Shown: piece by piece, positions 30,187-40,507 of the stretch
Layout: the number at the start of each line of letters is the position of its first letter
Numbering within the stretch: position 1 is the first letter of the stretch
Source: a virus
Taxonomy: Duplodnaviria > Caudoviricetes
Strand: one strand, 5' to 3'
DNA length: 53,446 nt
Virus record (IMG/VR): IMGVR_UViG_3300013285_000579
Coordinates: 1-53,446 of that record
Made by a program: the position numbers and the translations under genes
Notes under the pieces: model-generated
Database searches by the model: none
What the model was told of the DNA's origin: nothing
What the model saw: the letters and a program-made list of their open reading frames with translations, nothing else

Positions 30187-30759
30187 ATGAAGAATATAGC
30201 CACTAAAATTTTAGCAATAGTCGTAGTGGTGTACACCCTCGTCGTTGTTGTATCTAGTGTCAACATAGAAGAACCTGCAGTTGCAGTAGAAGCCAAGCCG
30301 GTCGATAGTAAGCAATTACAATGTCTAGCGGAGAATATCTATCACGAAGCTGGTAATGAAAGCCTAACCGGGCAAGCAGCAGTAGCCTGGGTTGTTATTA
30401 ATCGCGTACATCACGGTTTCGCCAGCACACCCTGCAACGTAGTCTATCAGACCGCATGGATAACAAAGCTCAATGAAGAAACACTGGATGAGTATAAAGT
30501 TAGAATGTGTCAGTTCAGTTGGGTATGTGAGGGAAAAGCTAGACCTAACGCAACTGACCCTAGATATCAACGGGCAAAGCAAGTTGCATATGAAGTATTA
30601 GCATATGATGCATATAACGAAGTATTGCCCCGTACCGCATTGTTCTTTCATAATCTAACGGTTGACCCACTCTGGCCATACAAGCAAGTAGCAAGAATAG
30701 GCAATCACATCTTCTACAGTAAACAGAAAGCAACACATAATGAAGTCAAGTCCAGATAG
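30187..30759 (+). CDS. Cell wall hydrolase, SleB/Hydrolase_2 family, with an N-terminal membrane anchor
   Basis: 'CLAENIYHEAG.E...GQ.AVA.VVINRV', 'CQFSW', 'IGNHIFY'. Confidence 0.9.
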   Translation: MKNIATKILAIVVVVYTLVVVVSSVNIEEPAVAVEAKPVDSKQLQCLAENIYHEAGNESLTGQAAVAWVVINRVHHGFASTPCNVVYQTAWITKLNEETLDEYKVRMCQFSWVCEGKARPNATDPRYQRAKQVAYEVLAYDAYNEVLPRTALFFHNLTVDPLWPYKQVARIGNHIFYSKQKATHNEVKSR

Positions 30760-31285
30760 AGGTACCTTTACTATGGGTATGTATGAGAAGAAACTCATAG
30801 ATTACCCTACGGATTCTGAATCATTGGATATGATTGACTTCTACAAGAATGATCTACAACGGCGACTAGAACTGGAAGAAACAGCAGAGTGGCAAACAGA
30901 AAATATGGAATATGATCTACGCACAAGTTCGTTGATGACAGAGAAATGTAGTGACAAAATCTATGCCCAGCATCTTTATGCAGCATTATGCAACAATGAT
31001 TTCACTAAGAATGACGTATGGCCTATACTAACAGACAAACGGTGGAGTTGTTCATGGCGACACGCAGGTGGAATCATATCTAATATACGTGAAGAGGGAG
31101 ATTATATTGACTGGTACTGTAGTGGAATTCAACAATCAACTGACTTAGACGATGATCAATTTAGAGCATTAACTAAGATAGAACAAGAAGTTTATCTACA
31201 GCAGGCAGCATACGTGGCCGAGGGCGTAGTTACAGATGAGATAAGACAGGACATATTACAGCTAGGTTGGATAGTAGCTGAATAA
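30740..31285 (+). CDS. Conserved phage hypothetical protein
   Basis: 'YAQHLYAALCNN...WSCSWR..GGII......GDYIDWYCSG'. Confidence 0.65.
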   Translation: MKSSPDRGTFTMGMYEKKLIDYPTDSESLDMIDFYKNDLQRRLELEETAEWQTENMEYDLRTSSLMTEKCSDKIYAQHLYAALCNNDFTKNDVWPILTDKRWSCSWRHAGGIISNIREEGDYIDWYCSGIQQSTDLDDDQFRALTKIEQEVYLQQAAYVAEGVVTDEIRQDILQLGWIVAE

Positions 31286-31310
31286 ATACATATCATTAAG
31301 GAGATATATT

Positions 31311-31430
31311 ATGTTAGACACATTATTTTGGTTAGCAATCGGAGCATTCGTAGGATGGAACTTCCCTCAGCCTCAGTTCGCAAAGAACATTCAAGCTAGA
31401 GTTATTGCAGTATTCAAGAAGCCTGTATGA
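31311..31430 (+). CDS. Small membrane protein (39 aa; not in the ORF track)
   Basis: MLDTLFWLAIGAFVGWNFPQPQFAKNIQARVIAVFKKPV; SD TAAGGAG; ATGA overlap with the next gene. Confidence 0.7.
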   Translation: MLDTLFWLAIGAFVGWNFPQPQFAKNIQARVIAVFKKPV

Positions 31431-31717
31431 ACAAGCTACTCGTAATTGTGTTGTTATGCTTAAGCAGTTCAGCTATAGCGCAACACAATGATGGTCACGG
31501 ACATTGGCAACGTGGTTACGGTGGCTGGAACTGGATGGCACCCGCTATTATCGGTGGAGCTATTGGATATGAACTATCACGCCCGCAACCGTATGTTATT
31601 CTACAACCACCACCATTAGTCATACAACAGCCTACTATTCTTACAAATTGCAGTCCTTGGACTGAGATTCAGAACATAGACGGCACTATTACTCGTACTA
31701 GAACCTGCACTCAGTAA
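31427..31717 (+). CDS. Small secreted or membrane protein
   Basis: Signal-peptide-like N-terminus; 'APAIIGGAIGY'; Pro/Gln-rich; C-terminal Cys pair. Confidence 0.65.
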   Translation: MNKLLVIVLLCLSSSAIAQHNDGHGHWQRGYGGWNWMAPAIIGGAIGYELSRPQPYVILQPPPLVIQQPTILTNCSPWTEIQNIDGTITRTRTCTQ

Positions 31718-31771
31718 ATTATTTCGGGCGTCTACTGATTGTATAAATCATATAGACACTGAAAGATTTAC

Positions 31772-32626
31772 ATGACACACGCATCTAATACGGTACAAGA
31801 GACACTCGACTCTTTAACAGAGTCACTATTGATCACGGATTCAAGATTAGGACAATTCCTAGTATATAAGAATGATATGGTGATCAGCAAAGCCATCGAT
31901 CTATTCGGTGAGTATTGCCAAGCAGAAGTTGAAATACTCACTAAGTATGTCACATCCCCTGATCATTTTTATGTTGATATCGGTACCAACATAGGTTATC
32001 ATCTGGTTGCAGTACATAGAGCAACAGGATGCAATGTACTAGGATTTGAACCCAACCCAAAGCATTTTGCAGTAGCAACTTATAACAGTAGAGAATACGA
32101 TAAGATTCAGCTTGTCAATGCCGGAGCAAGTGATAAGCGCACTGAATTCACACTAAAAGACTTTGACCCCTCACAAGCTACAAACTACGGTGATATCCAC
32201 ATCACCTCAGGTGAAGGTATCACAGTAAAGATGATCACCTTAGATAGTCTATCATTAGATATATGCACTCTTATTAAGCTAGATGTAGAGGGTCATGAAT
32301 ATGAAGCATTACAGGGATGCACTAAGACTATTAGTAAACACAGACCCGTAGTCTTTTACGAAGCAATGGAATGGGATGTTTGGAACAAGTGTCACACTTT
32401 CCTAGCTGACAGACAGTACAAACAGTACTGGGTAGCATGTCAAACAAGGCCCTTGATTGAAACATTCAAACCCACAATTGAAAACCCATTCGGTGCTAGC
32501 ACAGTGTCAAACATTCTAGCTGTACCTGCGGACCGTGCGCAACCTGACTACTTAGTAGAAGTTGTTCCGGGTGAGAGTTTCCTTGCTTGTTTCGAACGGT
32601 ACAAGAAACTACGGATCATGTTCTGA
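31772..32626 (+). CDS. FkbM-family methyltransferase
   Basis: 'VDIGTNIGYH', 'FEPNP', 'LIKLDVEGHEYEAL.G'. Confidence 0.85.
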   Translation: MTHASNTVQETLDSLTESLLITDSRLGQFLVYKNDMVISKAIDLFGEYCQAEVEILTKYVTSPDHFYVDIGTNIGYHLVAVHRATGCNVLGFEPNPKHFAVATYNSREYDKIQLVNAGASDKRTEFTLKDFDPSQATNYGDIHITSGEGITVKMITLDSLSLDICTLIKLDVEGHEYEALQGCTKTISKHRPVVFYEAMEWDVWNKCHTFLADRQYKQYWVACQTRPLIETFKPTIENPFGASTVSNILAVPADRAQPDYLVEVVPGESFLACFERYKKLRIMF

Positions 32627-33270
32627 TGAGCAAGTTAGTTCTATTTACTAGCGGTTCTACTAAAGAAGCTAAAGAAGTCTCACATGACTGGGACTTTATT
32701 GACAGTCGTATAGCTATATCTATCGATGAGCTACAGTTAACTAGCAATGATACCGTGCTGAACGTACTACCCTTCAACGTTATAGGTTACTATGCGATAA
32801 CGGCTGGCCCTGCAAGTAAAGCTCGTGCAACACTTATTAATGCTACATTCGACCCCTACTCATATATAAGACTGTTTAACAAGTATCAGCCCACGGTCAT
32901 TGCGCTTATTCCCAGACACATAGAGCTATTATTAGAGACTAAAGGATTTAGTACATTAGATATGAGTTGTGTACGCTATATGGTTATGGGCAGTCAAGCT
33001 GTATCTCAACATATGATAGATATGCTATTAATTAAGGGTGTTAAATTAATAGCCAATTGGTATGGTAGCACTGAGAACCCTCCACCAGTATCTATAGCGT
33101 ATAATAGCGCAGTCTTTAACTTTACGGAAACTCACGGATACAATGTAGAATTTGCATCAGACGGAGAATGCATTGTTAACGGAATCAGTACGGGAGACTT
33201 GTTTAACACTCAGTCCGGCGAGTTCATTAGCAGGAAAGAAAATGCAACTAACAGTACATGGAAGTCATAA
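32626..33270 (+). CDS. Minimal AMP-binding (ANL adenylate-forming) enzyme-like protein
   Basis: 'LFTSGSTKEAK' P-loop-like motif; 'WYGSTE'; 'STGDL'. Confidence 0.7.
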   Translation: MSKLVLFTSGSTKEAKEVSHDWDFIDSRIAISIDELQLTSNDTVLNVLPFNVIGYYAITAGPASKARATLINATFDPYSYIRLFNKYQPTVIALIPRHIELLLETKGFSTLDMSCVRYMVMGSQAVSQHMIDMLLIKGVKLIANWYGSTENPPPVSIAYNSAVFNFTETHGYNVEFASDGECIVNGISTGDLFNTQSGEFISRKENATNSTWKS

Positions 33271-33841
33271 GCTAATAGCCAGAGAATATCTAGCCGGCGA
33301 CTTGCCCGCACTCATTCAATTCTGCACCGAGTGTAAGGATTTAGGGTATGAGAACAATAGCTCACTAGAAGCTATTAAGCTAGATAAGATGACGATGTCC
33401 TACGGCAAGTTCTTCATAGCACTAGACGGGGATAAAATAGTAAGTATAGCGGGAGTGCATAAGCTACCCGAAGTACATGATCATGCATACAGATGTTTAT
33501 TCAGAGGGGCGCAGCTTAATGGCTACACTCCTAAGTTTAGCACGAACATGTTCACTAGTAGTATACATTATACATACTTTCTTTATCAACAAATCAACTA
33601 CATACTTTCCGTCGATGAAAATGCAGAATTCTTTATAAGCACCAATATAAACAGCGATACAGGCGCCTGCAGCTCACGAATTAACGCCATAATGATGCCT
33701 AAAATGGAAAAGCTCGGTATTTGGCGGTTATACAAGGAAAACATGCTACTGTACAACACAATGCAGAATATGTGGCAAATAGATACGAAAACATATATGA
33801 GTACGAGAGCTACTTGGTCAGCACAACAAAATGCTCTTTAA
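33242..33841 (+). CDS. Hypothetical protein, possible GNAT fold
   Basis: 'FFIALDGDKIVSIAGVH...YRCLFRGA'; overlaps the upstream gene. Confidence 0.45.
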   Translation: MQLTVHGSHKLIAREYLAGDLPALIQFCTECKDLGYENNSSLEAIKLDKMTMSYGKFFIALDGDKIVSIAGVHKLPEVHDHAYRCLFRGAQLNGYTPKFSTNMFTSSIHYTYFLYQQINYILSVDENAEFFISTNINSDTGACSSRINAIMMPKMEKLGIWRLYKENMLLYNTMQNMWQIDTKTYMSTRATWSAQQNAL

Positions 33842-34484
33842 CTAACTCAGTTAACTCGGTAACATACTGAGCCATTAGGGTAAATGTACATTCTAGCCCC
33901 ACGTGAGAAAAGTTATCTAATACACCCTCTTTGATTTTACGATTGATCCACTGACTAGCGCTGTCATCAAAGTAATAGCGATACTTCTCTTCGGGACCGT
34001 TGGGCCTAAGAGTAATATTAATAATATCAACGGTTCCCACGGTTTTCCGCGCAAAAAGTTGACGAACAACCAATTGCAATCTATCTACTCGCCCAAAGTT
34101 AACAGCACTATGTCTATAACTTGCATCAAGGTTATACCATTTGCTACGGTCATCTAGCCTATACATTGTATCAGTATCTAGATTAACTAAGTACGATCTG
34201 TCCCCACTGATGTTTAGATGATACCTATCGTCTATATCACTATGGCTACGGTATGCGCTTCCCGGTGATAATCGTATTAATCTAGCCTCTCCGTGAGTGA
34301 CCGGTAGAGTGTTTAACAGTTGATGCCATATAGTACCCTCAAATTCTTTCTTTATGGTCCATGCATCGTAATAGAAGTCTTTTGTGCATTCATTGATACT
34401 TACTTTGAAGTCTATATCTAGTGTGTTATGTTGAGCAAGAGTGACCAATTCGTTTGGTACATTATATATGGTAGGTTGTAGCAT
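33810..34484 (-). CDS. Aspartyl/asparaginyl beta-hydroxylase-like 2OG-Fe(II) oxygenase
   Basis: 'ARLIRL.PG..Y.SHSD...RYHL' and 'HSAVNFG..DRLQLV'. Confidence 0.7.
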   Translation of the reverse strand: MLQPTIYNVPNELVTLAQHNTLDIDFKVSINECTKDFYYDAWTIKKEFEGTIWHQLLNTLPVTHGEARLIRLSPGSAYRSHSDIDDRYHLNISGDRSYLVNLDTDTMYRLDDRSKWYNLDASYRHSAVNFGRVDRLQLVVRQLFARKTVGTVDIINITLRPNGPEEKYRYYFDDSASQWINRKIKEGVLDNFSHVGLECTFTLMAQYVTELTELVKEHFVVLTK

Positions 34485-34522
34485 TAAATATTTATAGACA
34501 CGCGCCTGTTATTAAATAAATG

Positions 34523-35785
34523 ATGAACGAATCCAAAACCTTTTGTATGCACCCTTTCACGGGCCTAGCTACACGCGAAGACGGCGCAATTAAATTATGT
34601 TGCCGCAGTAACCCTATAGGAGATATCACTAAAGAGTCATTAGAAGATATATGGAACAATGTTAGCATGAAACGTGTGCGTAAGCAAGTATTGAATGGAG
34701 AAAGACCCCCAGAGTGCGAACCCTGCTTTAGTGTAGAAGATCAAGGTGTGGAATCGTTGAGACAGAGACATAACAGTACTATCTTTCCTGATAGTCGCAC
34801 TGTACTATTCCCAGAGTATATAGATAGAATGACTGATGATTATTCAATGCCGTTTGACATCCCTACGATGGAATTAAAGATGAATAACTTGTGCAATCTT
34901 AAATGCCGTATGTGCAACCCTGTAGATAGCACTAGCTGGAACGATTGGAAAGAGATAGAACCGTTCTTTGTCAAAGAGAATAACTTCATGGTTAAAATCA
35001 TTGCAGATAATAACTTAATGAACAAACCCTACCTAGATAAGTTCGAAGACAATGCATACTGGTGGGATTCGTTTGAGAAGCTATTACCCTCATTGCGTAA
35101 GTTAGACTTTGCCGGTGGGGAACCGTTGATGGATCCACAGCATTATAAGATACTAGAGATGCTTGAGCCTTATGCCAGTAACATTAGCCTTAAATATGCT
35201 ACTAATATGAGTACATTGGGCAAAGGTAAACGTTCTGTAATGAATTACTGGCCTAAGTTTAAGGACGTTGCAGTCAATGTATCCATCGATGGTATTAAAG
35301 AGTCCTATGAATATATCCGCGGAAACAGTGATTGGAATATAATGATAGCTAATATTAAGACAGTGCAGGGTATGGGCAATATTAAAAGAATGATCGGGGC
35401 AACCTGCGTACAGGCAACTAATGCGCTTATACTAGATAAGATCATTGAATACACGTTAGATGAACTAGGTATTATATTCTGGTGTAACTTCCTACGTTAT
35501 CCTAATGTACTAAGCATTCAGGTATTGCCCCCTGAATTAAAGCTGCTAGCAGTAGATAGATTACTCATAGCTAAGAATAAGATTCACACCTATAGATTAA
35601 TCAAGCAGCAACCGGAACTATTACCCCTGATCAGTAACGAAATTGATAACATTATTAACTATATACAGGGTGAGGAACATCATGATAAATGGATGGATTA
35701 TCTTGAGTTTAATCGACGGTTAGATAAAACCCGTAATCAGGGCCCGGTACAAATGATTATACCTGAGTTCAAGCCCTATGTATAA
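34523..35785 (+). CDS. Radical SAM protein with an N-terminal twitch/SPASM-like domain
   Basis: CNLKCRMC; 'AGGEPL'; N-terminal 'FCMHPF...LCC...ECEPC'. Confidence 0.88.
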   Translation: MNESKTFCMHPFTGLATREDGAIKLCCRSNPIGDITKESLEDIWNNVSMKRVRKQVLNGERPPECEPCFSVEDQGVESLRQRHNSTIFPDSRTVLFPEYIDRMTDDYSMPFDIPTMELKMNNLCNLKCRMCNPVDSTSWNDWKEIEPFFVKENNFMVKIIADNNLMNKPYLDKFEDNAYWWDSFEKLLPSLRKLDFAGGEPLMDPQHYKILEMLEPYASNISLKYATNMSTLGKGKRSVMNYWPKFKDVAVNVSIDGIKESYEYIRGNSDWNIMIANIKTVQGMGNIKRMIGATCVQATNALILDKIIEYTLDELGIIFWCNFLRYPNVLSIQVLPPELKLLAVDRLLIAKNKIHTYRLIKQQPELLPLISNEIDNIINYIQGEEHHDKWMDYLEFNRRLDKTRNQGPVQMIIPEFKPYV

Positions 35786-36680
35786 AGTAACAAGCATATA
35801 TCCCCATCAAGATAGAGTTAAAGTTGAATGGAATCTAGGAAAACGCTGCAACTATGACTGTAGTTACTGTCCTAAAGAGATACATGATAATATCAGCAAA
35901 CATACTGATATTGGTATACTCAAATATAGTGTAGATCAACTATCTATGATGAAAAACGTAAGGCTTAGCTTTACCGGAGGTGAGCCCACAGTACATCCAT
36001 TCTTTAGTGACTTAGTAGAATATGCCAAGCAGACTATTCAATGGGTGAGTGTAACCACTAATGGCACTCGTAAAGCTGATTATTATATCATGCTGCCCAA
36101 TGATCATTATGTATTCAGTTTGCATTTCGAACAAGACTGGGAAAGAGTCGTAGAAACTATCGTCACGGTTGCTCAAACTGGCAGAAGAATGATGGTTAAT
36201 GTGATGGCACACCATCTAAAGATGAACGAGGCCAGACTAGTAGTTGAAATATTGCGTGAACATGATATAATGTACGGTGTAAGACGCATCCGTTGGGGAG
36301 AGTTTGACCGTGATGACTATGACGATGATAAGTATACTCCGGATGATTTAGCCTGGCTATTAAGTAATACTAGCACAGTTGCGCATAATACTATAATTAA
36401 CGACGATGCCGCTATGACATATCATGCAAATGATATTATTAAGTTACATATGAATGATTTCAAAGGATGGACATGCAGTGCAGGCACTGAAAGTCTCATG
36501 ATTAACTGGGATGGGGATGTATATAGAGCTACATGCAGAGTCGGCGGTAGTCTAGGGAATATATATAAGGGTGGATTCTTACCAAGCCCCGGCCAAGTAA
36601 TATGTACACGTAACAGTTGCACCTGTGCAGCAGACATACCATTAACAAAGATAAAGAATGAAAAAAGTAATAGCGATTAA
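35778..36680 (+). CDS. Radical SAM protein with a C-terminal SPASM-like domain
   Basis: CNYDCSYC; 'TGGEPT'; 'TTNG'; C-terminal Cys cluster. Confidence 0.88.
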   Translation: MYKVTSIYPHQDRVKVEWNLGKRCNYDCSYCPKEIHDNISKHTDIGILKYSVDQLSMMKNVRLSFTGGEPTVHPFFSDLVEYAKQTIQWVSVTTNGTRKADYYIMLPNDHYVFSLHFEQDWERVVETIVTVAQTGRRMMVNVMAHHLKMNEARLVVEILREHDIMYGVRRIRWGEFDRDDYDDDKYTPDDLAWLLSNTSTVAHNTIINDDAAMTYHANDIIKLHMNDFKGWTCSAGTESLMINWDGDVYRATCRVGGSLGNIYKGGFLPSPGQVICTRNSCTCAADIPLTKIKNEKSNSD

Positions 36681-37773
36681 ACCAGTACAGCAAGTAGGCC
36701 CGATGATGGTTACATGGGACTTAGGCAGAAGATGTAACTATGACTGTAGTTACTGCCAAGCGCATCATCATAATAACTATAGCAAACACCGTACATTAGA
36801 AGAATGCACTAGTGTATTTGACTTTATTATAGAATGGACCGGTACATATAACAAGTACCGTAATACAAAATTCCCAACAACTATTAACTTTACCGGCGGT
36901 GAGCCTACTAATAACCCTAACTTCTGGAAGATATTAGAGTATATTAACCAACAGGATCCTAGCATTAGTCTCAGTTTAACTACTAATGGGGCATTCAATA
37001 AGAAATATGTTGATTATATTGTCAATTATATGACGGGAGTTACTGTTAGCTATCATACTGAAGCTGACCCTATGCTCAAAGAACAAGTAATACAGAACAT
37101 CCTAGAACTCAGTAAGCATAAGATATGGCTGCAAGTTAATCTAATGATGCACGTAGATCACTGGGATGAGTGTGTAGCTGTATATGAAAGATTAAAATCT
37201 CATAATGTCACTGTTAAGTTGCGGCCAATTGGTGACGGTGCATTCGCTATTAAAAGCTGGTTTATTGATACGGATGGGTCAAACCGTAGAACTACCCACG
37301 AATACAGTGAATCACAACAAGAATGGTTTTGGAAGCAGCATGGAGTAGATTATAAAGCTGTCAAACAATCAGCTGGCCATGACATGGGTAGACAATGCTG
37401 CGGTAATAGACAACTATGCGGTAAGAGTGAGTGTAGAACTGACGAGCCGGAGGCCAAGTGGGAAGATATCTCATTAATCAATACAGAGTTCAAAGGTTGG
37501 TCATGCATGGTAGATTGGTACTTCCTGCATATAGATCATGAAACAGAACTAGTGTATCATCATCAAACATGTAGAGCAAAGCATGGAAAACAAGTGGGTG
37601 CAATAGGAAGTCTATCTGACACTAAATCAATGCTTGACACACTTAATGCTAGACTAAGCAATAAAGTAATAGATCACATTATATGCCCTAATAGTCGTTG
37701 CGGATGTGGAATGTGCGTCCCCAAAGCTAAAGACGCACACGTATTCGAAGAAATATTCAACGAGAAGCGTTAA
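36658..37773 (+). CDS. Radical SAM protein (paralogue of 35778..36680)
   Basis: CNYDCSYC; 'TGGEPT'; 'ICPNSRCGCGMC'. Confidence 0.88.
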   Translation: MKKVIAIKPVQQVGPMMVTWDLGRRCNYDCSYCQAHHHNNYSKHRTLEECTSVFDFIIEWTGTYNKYRNTKFPTTINFTGGEPTNNPNFWKILEYINQQDPSISLSLTTNGAFNKKYVDYIVNYMTGVTVSYHTEADPMLKEQVIQNILELSKHKIWLQVNLMMHVDHWDECVAVYERLKSHNVTVKLRPIGDGAFAIKSWFIDTDGSNRRTTHEYSESQQEWFWKQHGVDYKAVKQSAGHDMGRQCCGNRQLCGKSECRTDEPEAKWEDISLINTEFKGWSCMVDWYFLHIDHETELVYHHQTCRAKHGKQVGAIGSLSDTKSMLDTLNARLSNKVIDHIICPNSRCGCGMCVPKAKDAHVFEEIFNEKR

Positions 37774-37776
37774 ATC

Positions 37777-38562
37777 TTAATAGAACGGTGTATCACCCAA
37801 TCCGATCTTAGATCGGAATTCTTCAGTAAACTCGCCGTCTATCCGTAGACTATAAGTTTGCTTGTTAGTAACTCCCCCGCTATGCCAATCCTGATCATTA
37901 AAGAAGCTGGCTAAACTGACCATGGGGACTTTGTTGTCAGTCTCTGCATCCCATATATAGAAGGGTTTATCTAAGTTAGGCCTTATATGGATAAACTCAT
38001 GACGATGATTAAAGTAGTCAAACTCTGCGGGTGGTAAGAAGTCACGATGAAACATCATGCGGCAGTCATGCTCCGCCTTAAAGATCAATGTACGGCCTAA
38101 ATGCTTAAAAACTTTATTCTCTACTAGGTCATCAAGCCATACTTTAAGTTCCGGAAAGTACTGTACGTCGGGACTCCAATCTTTCTCGTCGAATCGTGAC
38201 ACCCAAGGTCCGGCTTCAGTCTTTAGGAAGATCATTTGATATGGATCATACGCACCCATGGCCAACTTTAAGTATAATACAAACTTGTCTCTATTCTCTT
38301 TAGTAGATCCAATACTTCTCCCAACCACCTTTATCTCATGATCATCGGGTAGTTGATTGTATTCTTTTAATACGTGGAACAATGGCTTGAATCCTAGATG
38401 AGCAATTTCTTCTACAATGCCCGGAGCCAATAAATTTCCTTCTTTCTTATGCTCTGCTAGTACTAAGCCGCGGCATATCTGTAGATGAATCTTTTTGAAA
38501 CCCTCAATGTCTAAGTATGGGTCTAGGTTTATGTATGGTTGATTGTTGATTCCGCGTATCAT
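37777..38562 (-). CDS. Hypothetical protein, possible 2OG-Fe(II)/cupin oxygenase
   Basis: 'FHRD', 'FFNDQDWH', 'YSLRIDG'; start at 38562 overlaps the upstream stop. Confidence 0.5.
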   Translation of the reverse strand: MIRGINNQPYINLDPYLDIEGFKKIHLQICRGLVLAEHKKEGNLLAPGIVEEIAHLGFKPLFHVLKEYNQLPDDHEIKVVGRSIGSTKENRDKFVLYLKLAMGAYDPYQMIFLKTEAGPWVSRFDEKDWSPDVQYFPELKVWLDDLVENKVFKHLGRTLIFKAEHDCRMMFHRDFLPPAEFDYFNHRHEFIHIRPNLDKPFYIWDAETDNKVPMVSLASFFNDQDWHSGGVTNKQTYSLRIDGEFTEEFRSKIGLGDTPFY

Positions 38563-39512
38563 GTTCTTACTCCGCAAGTTTTACTACACTGAGGAATCGT
38601 TTTGTTCTCTAGTGCAGTGTTGTATATATCTGTCCATGTACTGTTCAGTGTCTCACGTATAGAACGGTCCCGTAGATCGTTACCACCTATCTGTTTCAGT
38701 ACGTTTCCCATCATTGTTGTGTTGTCCTTCATGAAGGCTGTTTTTTGGTTTTTGTAGGGTATCAATCCTAAGTAACAACAGGGCCATATTAAGCCTTTGT
38801 TATCGATATATACGCTCTTAATCTTTTTAACCTCACACTGTATTATAGAATTGGCTACCACATCTTTGTAGTCAGTGACGCTAGTTACAGGAATTGTTGA
38901 AGTCAATACAAAGTCAGTGCTAATTATCTGTGAATTATCAGTGAATCTATCCGTAATCTTGCTAGTGAATGACTGAAACCCTAGCTCTATGCTAAGTTGC
39001 CGGCACAATTCAACTTGATGCACGTTATGTTGGAACACAAGCATGTGCCACTCAGCTAAACCCCCTGCGGCTATGTAGGCCTTAGCATTCTCTATAATCT
39101 TGGCGAAAACCGTGTTGATTCTGTATATGGAATGAGTATCTTCCAAGCCGTCTAGAGCGAAAATTGTCTTTACATTCGCTTTCGTCATGAAGGCGTTATT
39201 TCGCCAGTATTCAGTGTTGCGCAAACTACCGTTAGTATGCACATCAATACGTATATTACTGTTGCATTTAATGATATATAGAATAATGTCAAGTAGCTCA
39301 TTGTTCATTAAGGGATCGCCGATGTTGCCACAGAACATCACCTTCGTTAATTGTTTTATAAAGTCTTCCGGCACTATCGATTTGAAGAACATTAAACTCA
39401 TATTATTTTCAATTACAAGGGGATTACCTGTACGGATACACTGAGGACATGCTGCCTGACAGAAACTTGATACTTCTACATGTAACTCGGTTATCTCACT
39501 GTACTGATACAT
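38559..39512 (-). CDS. Radical SAM/SPASM protein
   Basis: CQAACPQC; 'CGNIGDP'; 'HTNGS'; 'IWPCCY'; 'CSKTCG'. Confidence 0.85.
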   Translation of the reverse strand: MYQYSEITELHVEVSSFCQAACPQCIRTGNPLVIENNMSLMFFKSIVPEDFIKQLTKVMFCGNIGDPLMNNELLDIILYIIKCNSNIRIDVHTNGSLRNTEYWRNNAFMTKANVKTIFALDGLEDTHSIYRINTVFAKIIENAKAYIAAGGLAEWHMLVFQHNVHQVELCRQLSIELGFQSFTSKITDRFTDNSQIISTDFVLTSTIPVTSVTDYKDVVANSIIQCEVKKIKSVYIDNKGLIWPCCYLGLIPYKNQKTAFMKDNTTMMGNVLKQIGGNDLRDRSIRETLNSTWTDIYNTALENKTIPQCSKTCGVRT

Positions 39513-39912
39513 TTCTACCCCAGCTGATCCGATTCCATATTCGTTCATGTAGATAGTGAATGACTAAGAACGCCAGGTTGTTCCAGATTGTCCAACTGAG
39601 TGCGTCAGTACTAGATAACCCAAGCGTCATCCCAATGACAAACAGTGCAATGAAACTCATGATACGCCAGCTAACTGTTTTAACCATGGTACGTTTATGT
39701 GTATCTGATGTTCCGCTCTTAAGCCATTTGATACTATTCCATACCTTCTCATGTATATAGAACAATGCAAATCCTATAGTAAGTGTGATAACCAAAAACT
39801 TAAGTCCAAAGCCGGCGCCGTAGCTTAATACTATACTAAGAATGAACACTGTTAATGCCGCTGTTAGTCTATAGCTAAGAGTCTTTACTAGTGTGCGGGT
39901 ATTACTGTCCAT
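39496..39912 (-). CDS. Membrane protein with two DUF2061-like repeats
   Basis: Two copies of 'RT.VKT.S.R...Y.HE..W'. Confidence 0.7.
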   Translation of the reverse strand: MDSNTRTLVKTLSYRLTAALTVFILSIVLSYGAGFGLKFLVITLTIGFALFYIHEKVWNSIKWLKSGTSDTHKRTMVKTVSWRIMSFIALFVIGMTLGLSSTDALSWTIWNNLAFLVIHYLHERIWNRISWGRNVSVQ

Positions 39913-40501
39913 TTTTTGTTCCTATTATCATATATCTATTATAGAGGGGTAGTTCTAGTACACTACTCAGTAGTACCTTTATATCAGACTGTCTGATAAA
40001 CTCCTCTAAGCTATTTACTGGGCGAATGTGTTCAGGGATTATATAGTTGTTGCTTTGTAGTACAATTATGCTGTTGTTAGGTATTCCTGATAACCATAGT
40101 TCATAGTCGTCCTGCGTAATATGTTCACATGAGGTATTGATTATGATATCACTGTCGGATCTAATATCTGTCATGTTACCGGTAACCGCTCTGAATTTAC
40201 CATAATGTGCTTCTACTTGATTCATTGTTATAGCTGTATGCTGACACAATGGATCTATATCTATTGAGCGAATGCTATCAATAGGGATATTAGATTGAAA
40301 CAGCATACTAGCTAATACTCCTACCCATCCACCGTGAATGTCTATTGTTACGGGTTTGGTGATATATTGCTTTAGATTATCTATTAGCCATTCTTTACTT
40401 TTTAGTTGTCCTGACCAAAATGCATCCATTGTACGCATAGGGTTATTACTCTGACGTATTGCTTGCATCCAGTGGTGTAAATGTTCTGTATCTATTAACA
40501 T
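39902..40501 (-). CDS. SAM-dependent methyltransferase-like protein
   Basis: 'IHGGWVG', 'SIDID', 'IINTSCEH'. Confidence 0.65.
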   Translation of the reverse strand: MLIDTEHLHHWMQAIRQSNNPMRTMDAFWSGQLKSKEWLIDNLKQYITKPVTIDIHGGWVGVLASMLFQSNIPIDSIRSIDIDPLCQHTAITMNQVEAHYGKFRAVTGNMTDIRSDSDIIINTSCEHITQDDYELWLSGIPNNSIIVLQSNNYIIPEHIRPVNSLEEFIRQSDIKVLLSSVLELPLYNRYMIIGTKNGQ

Positions 40502-40507
40502 GTTCTC

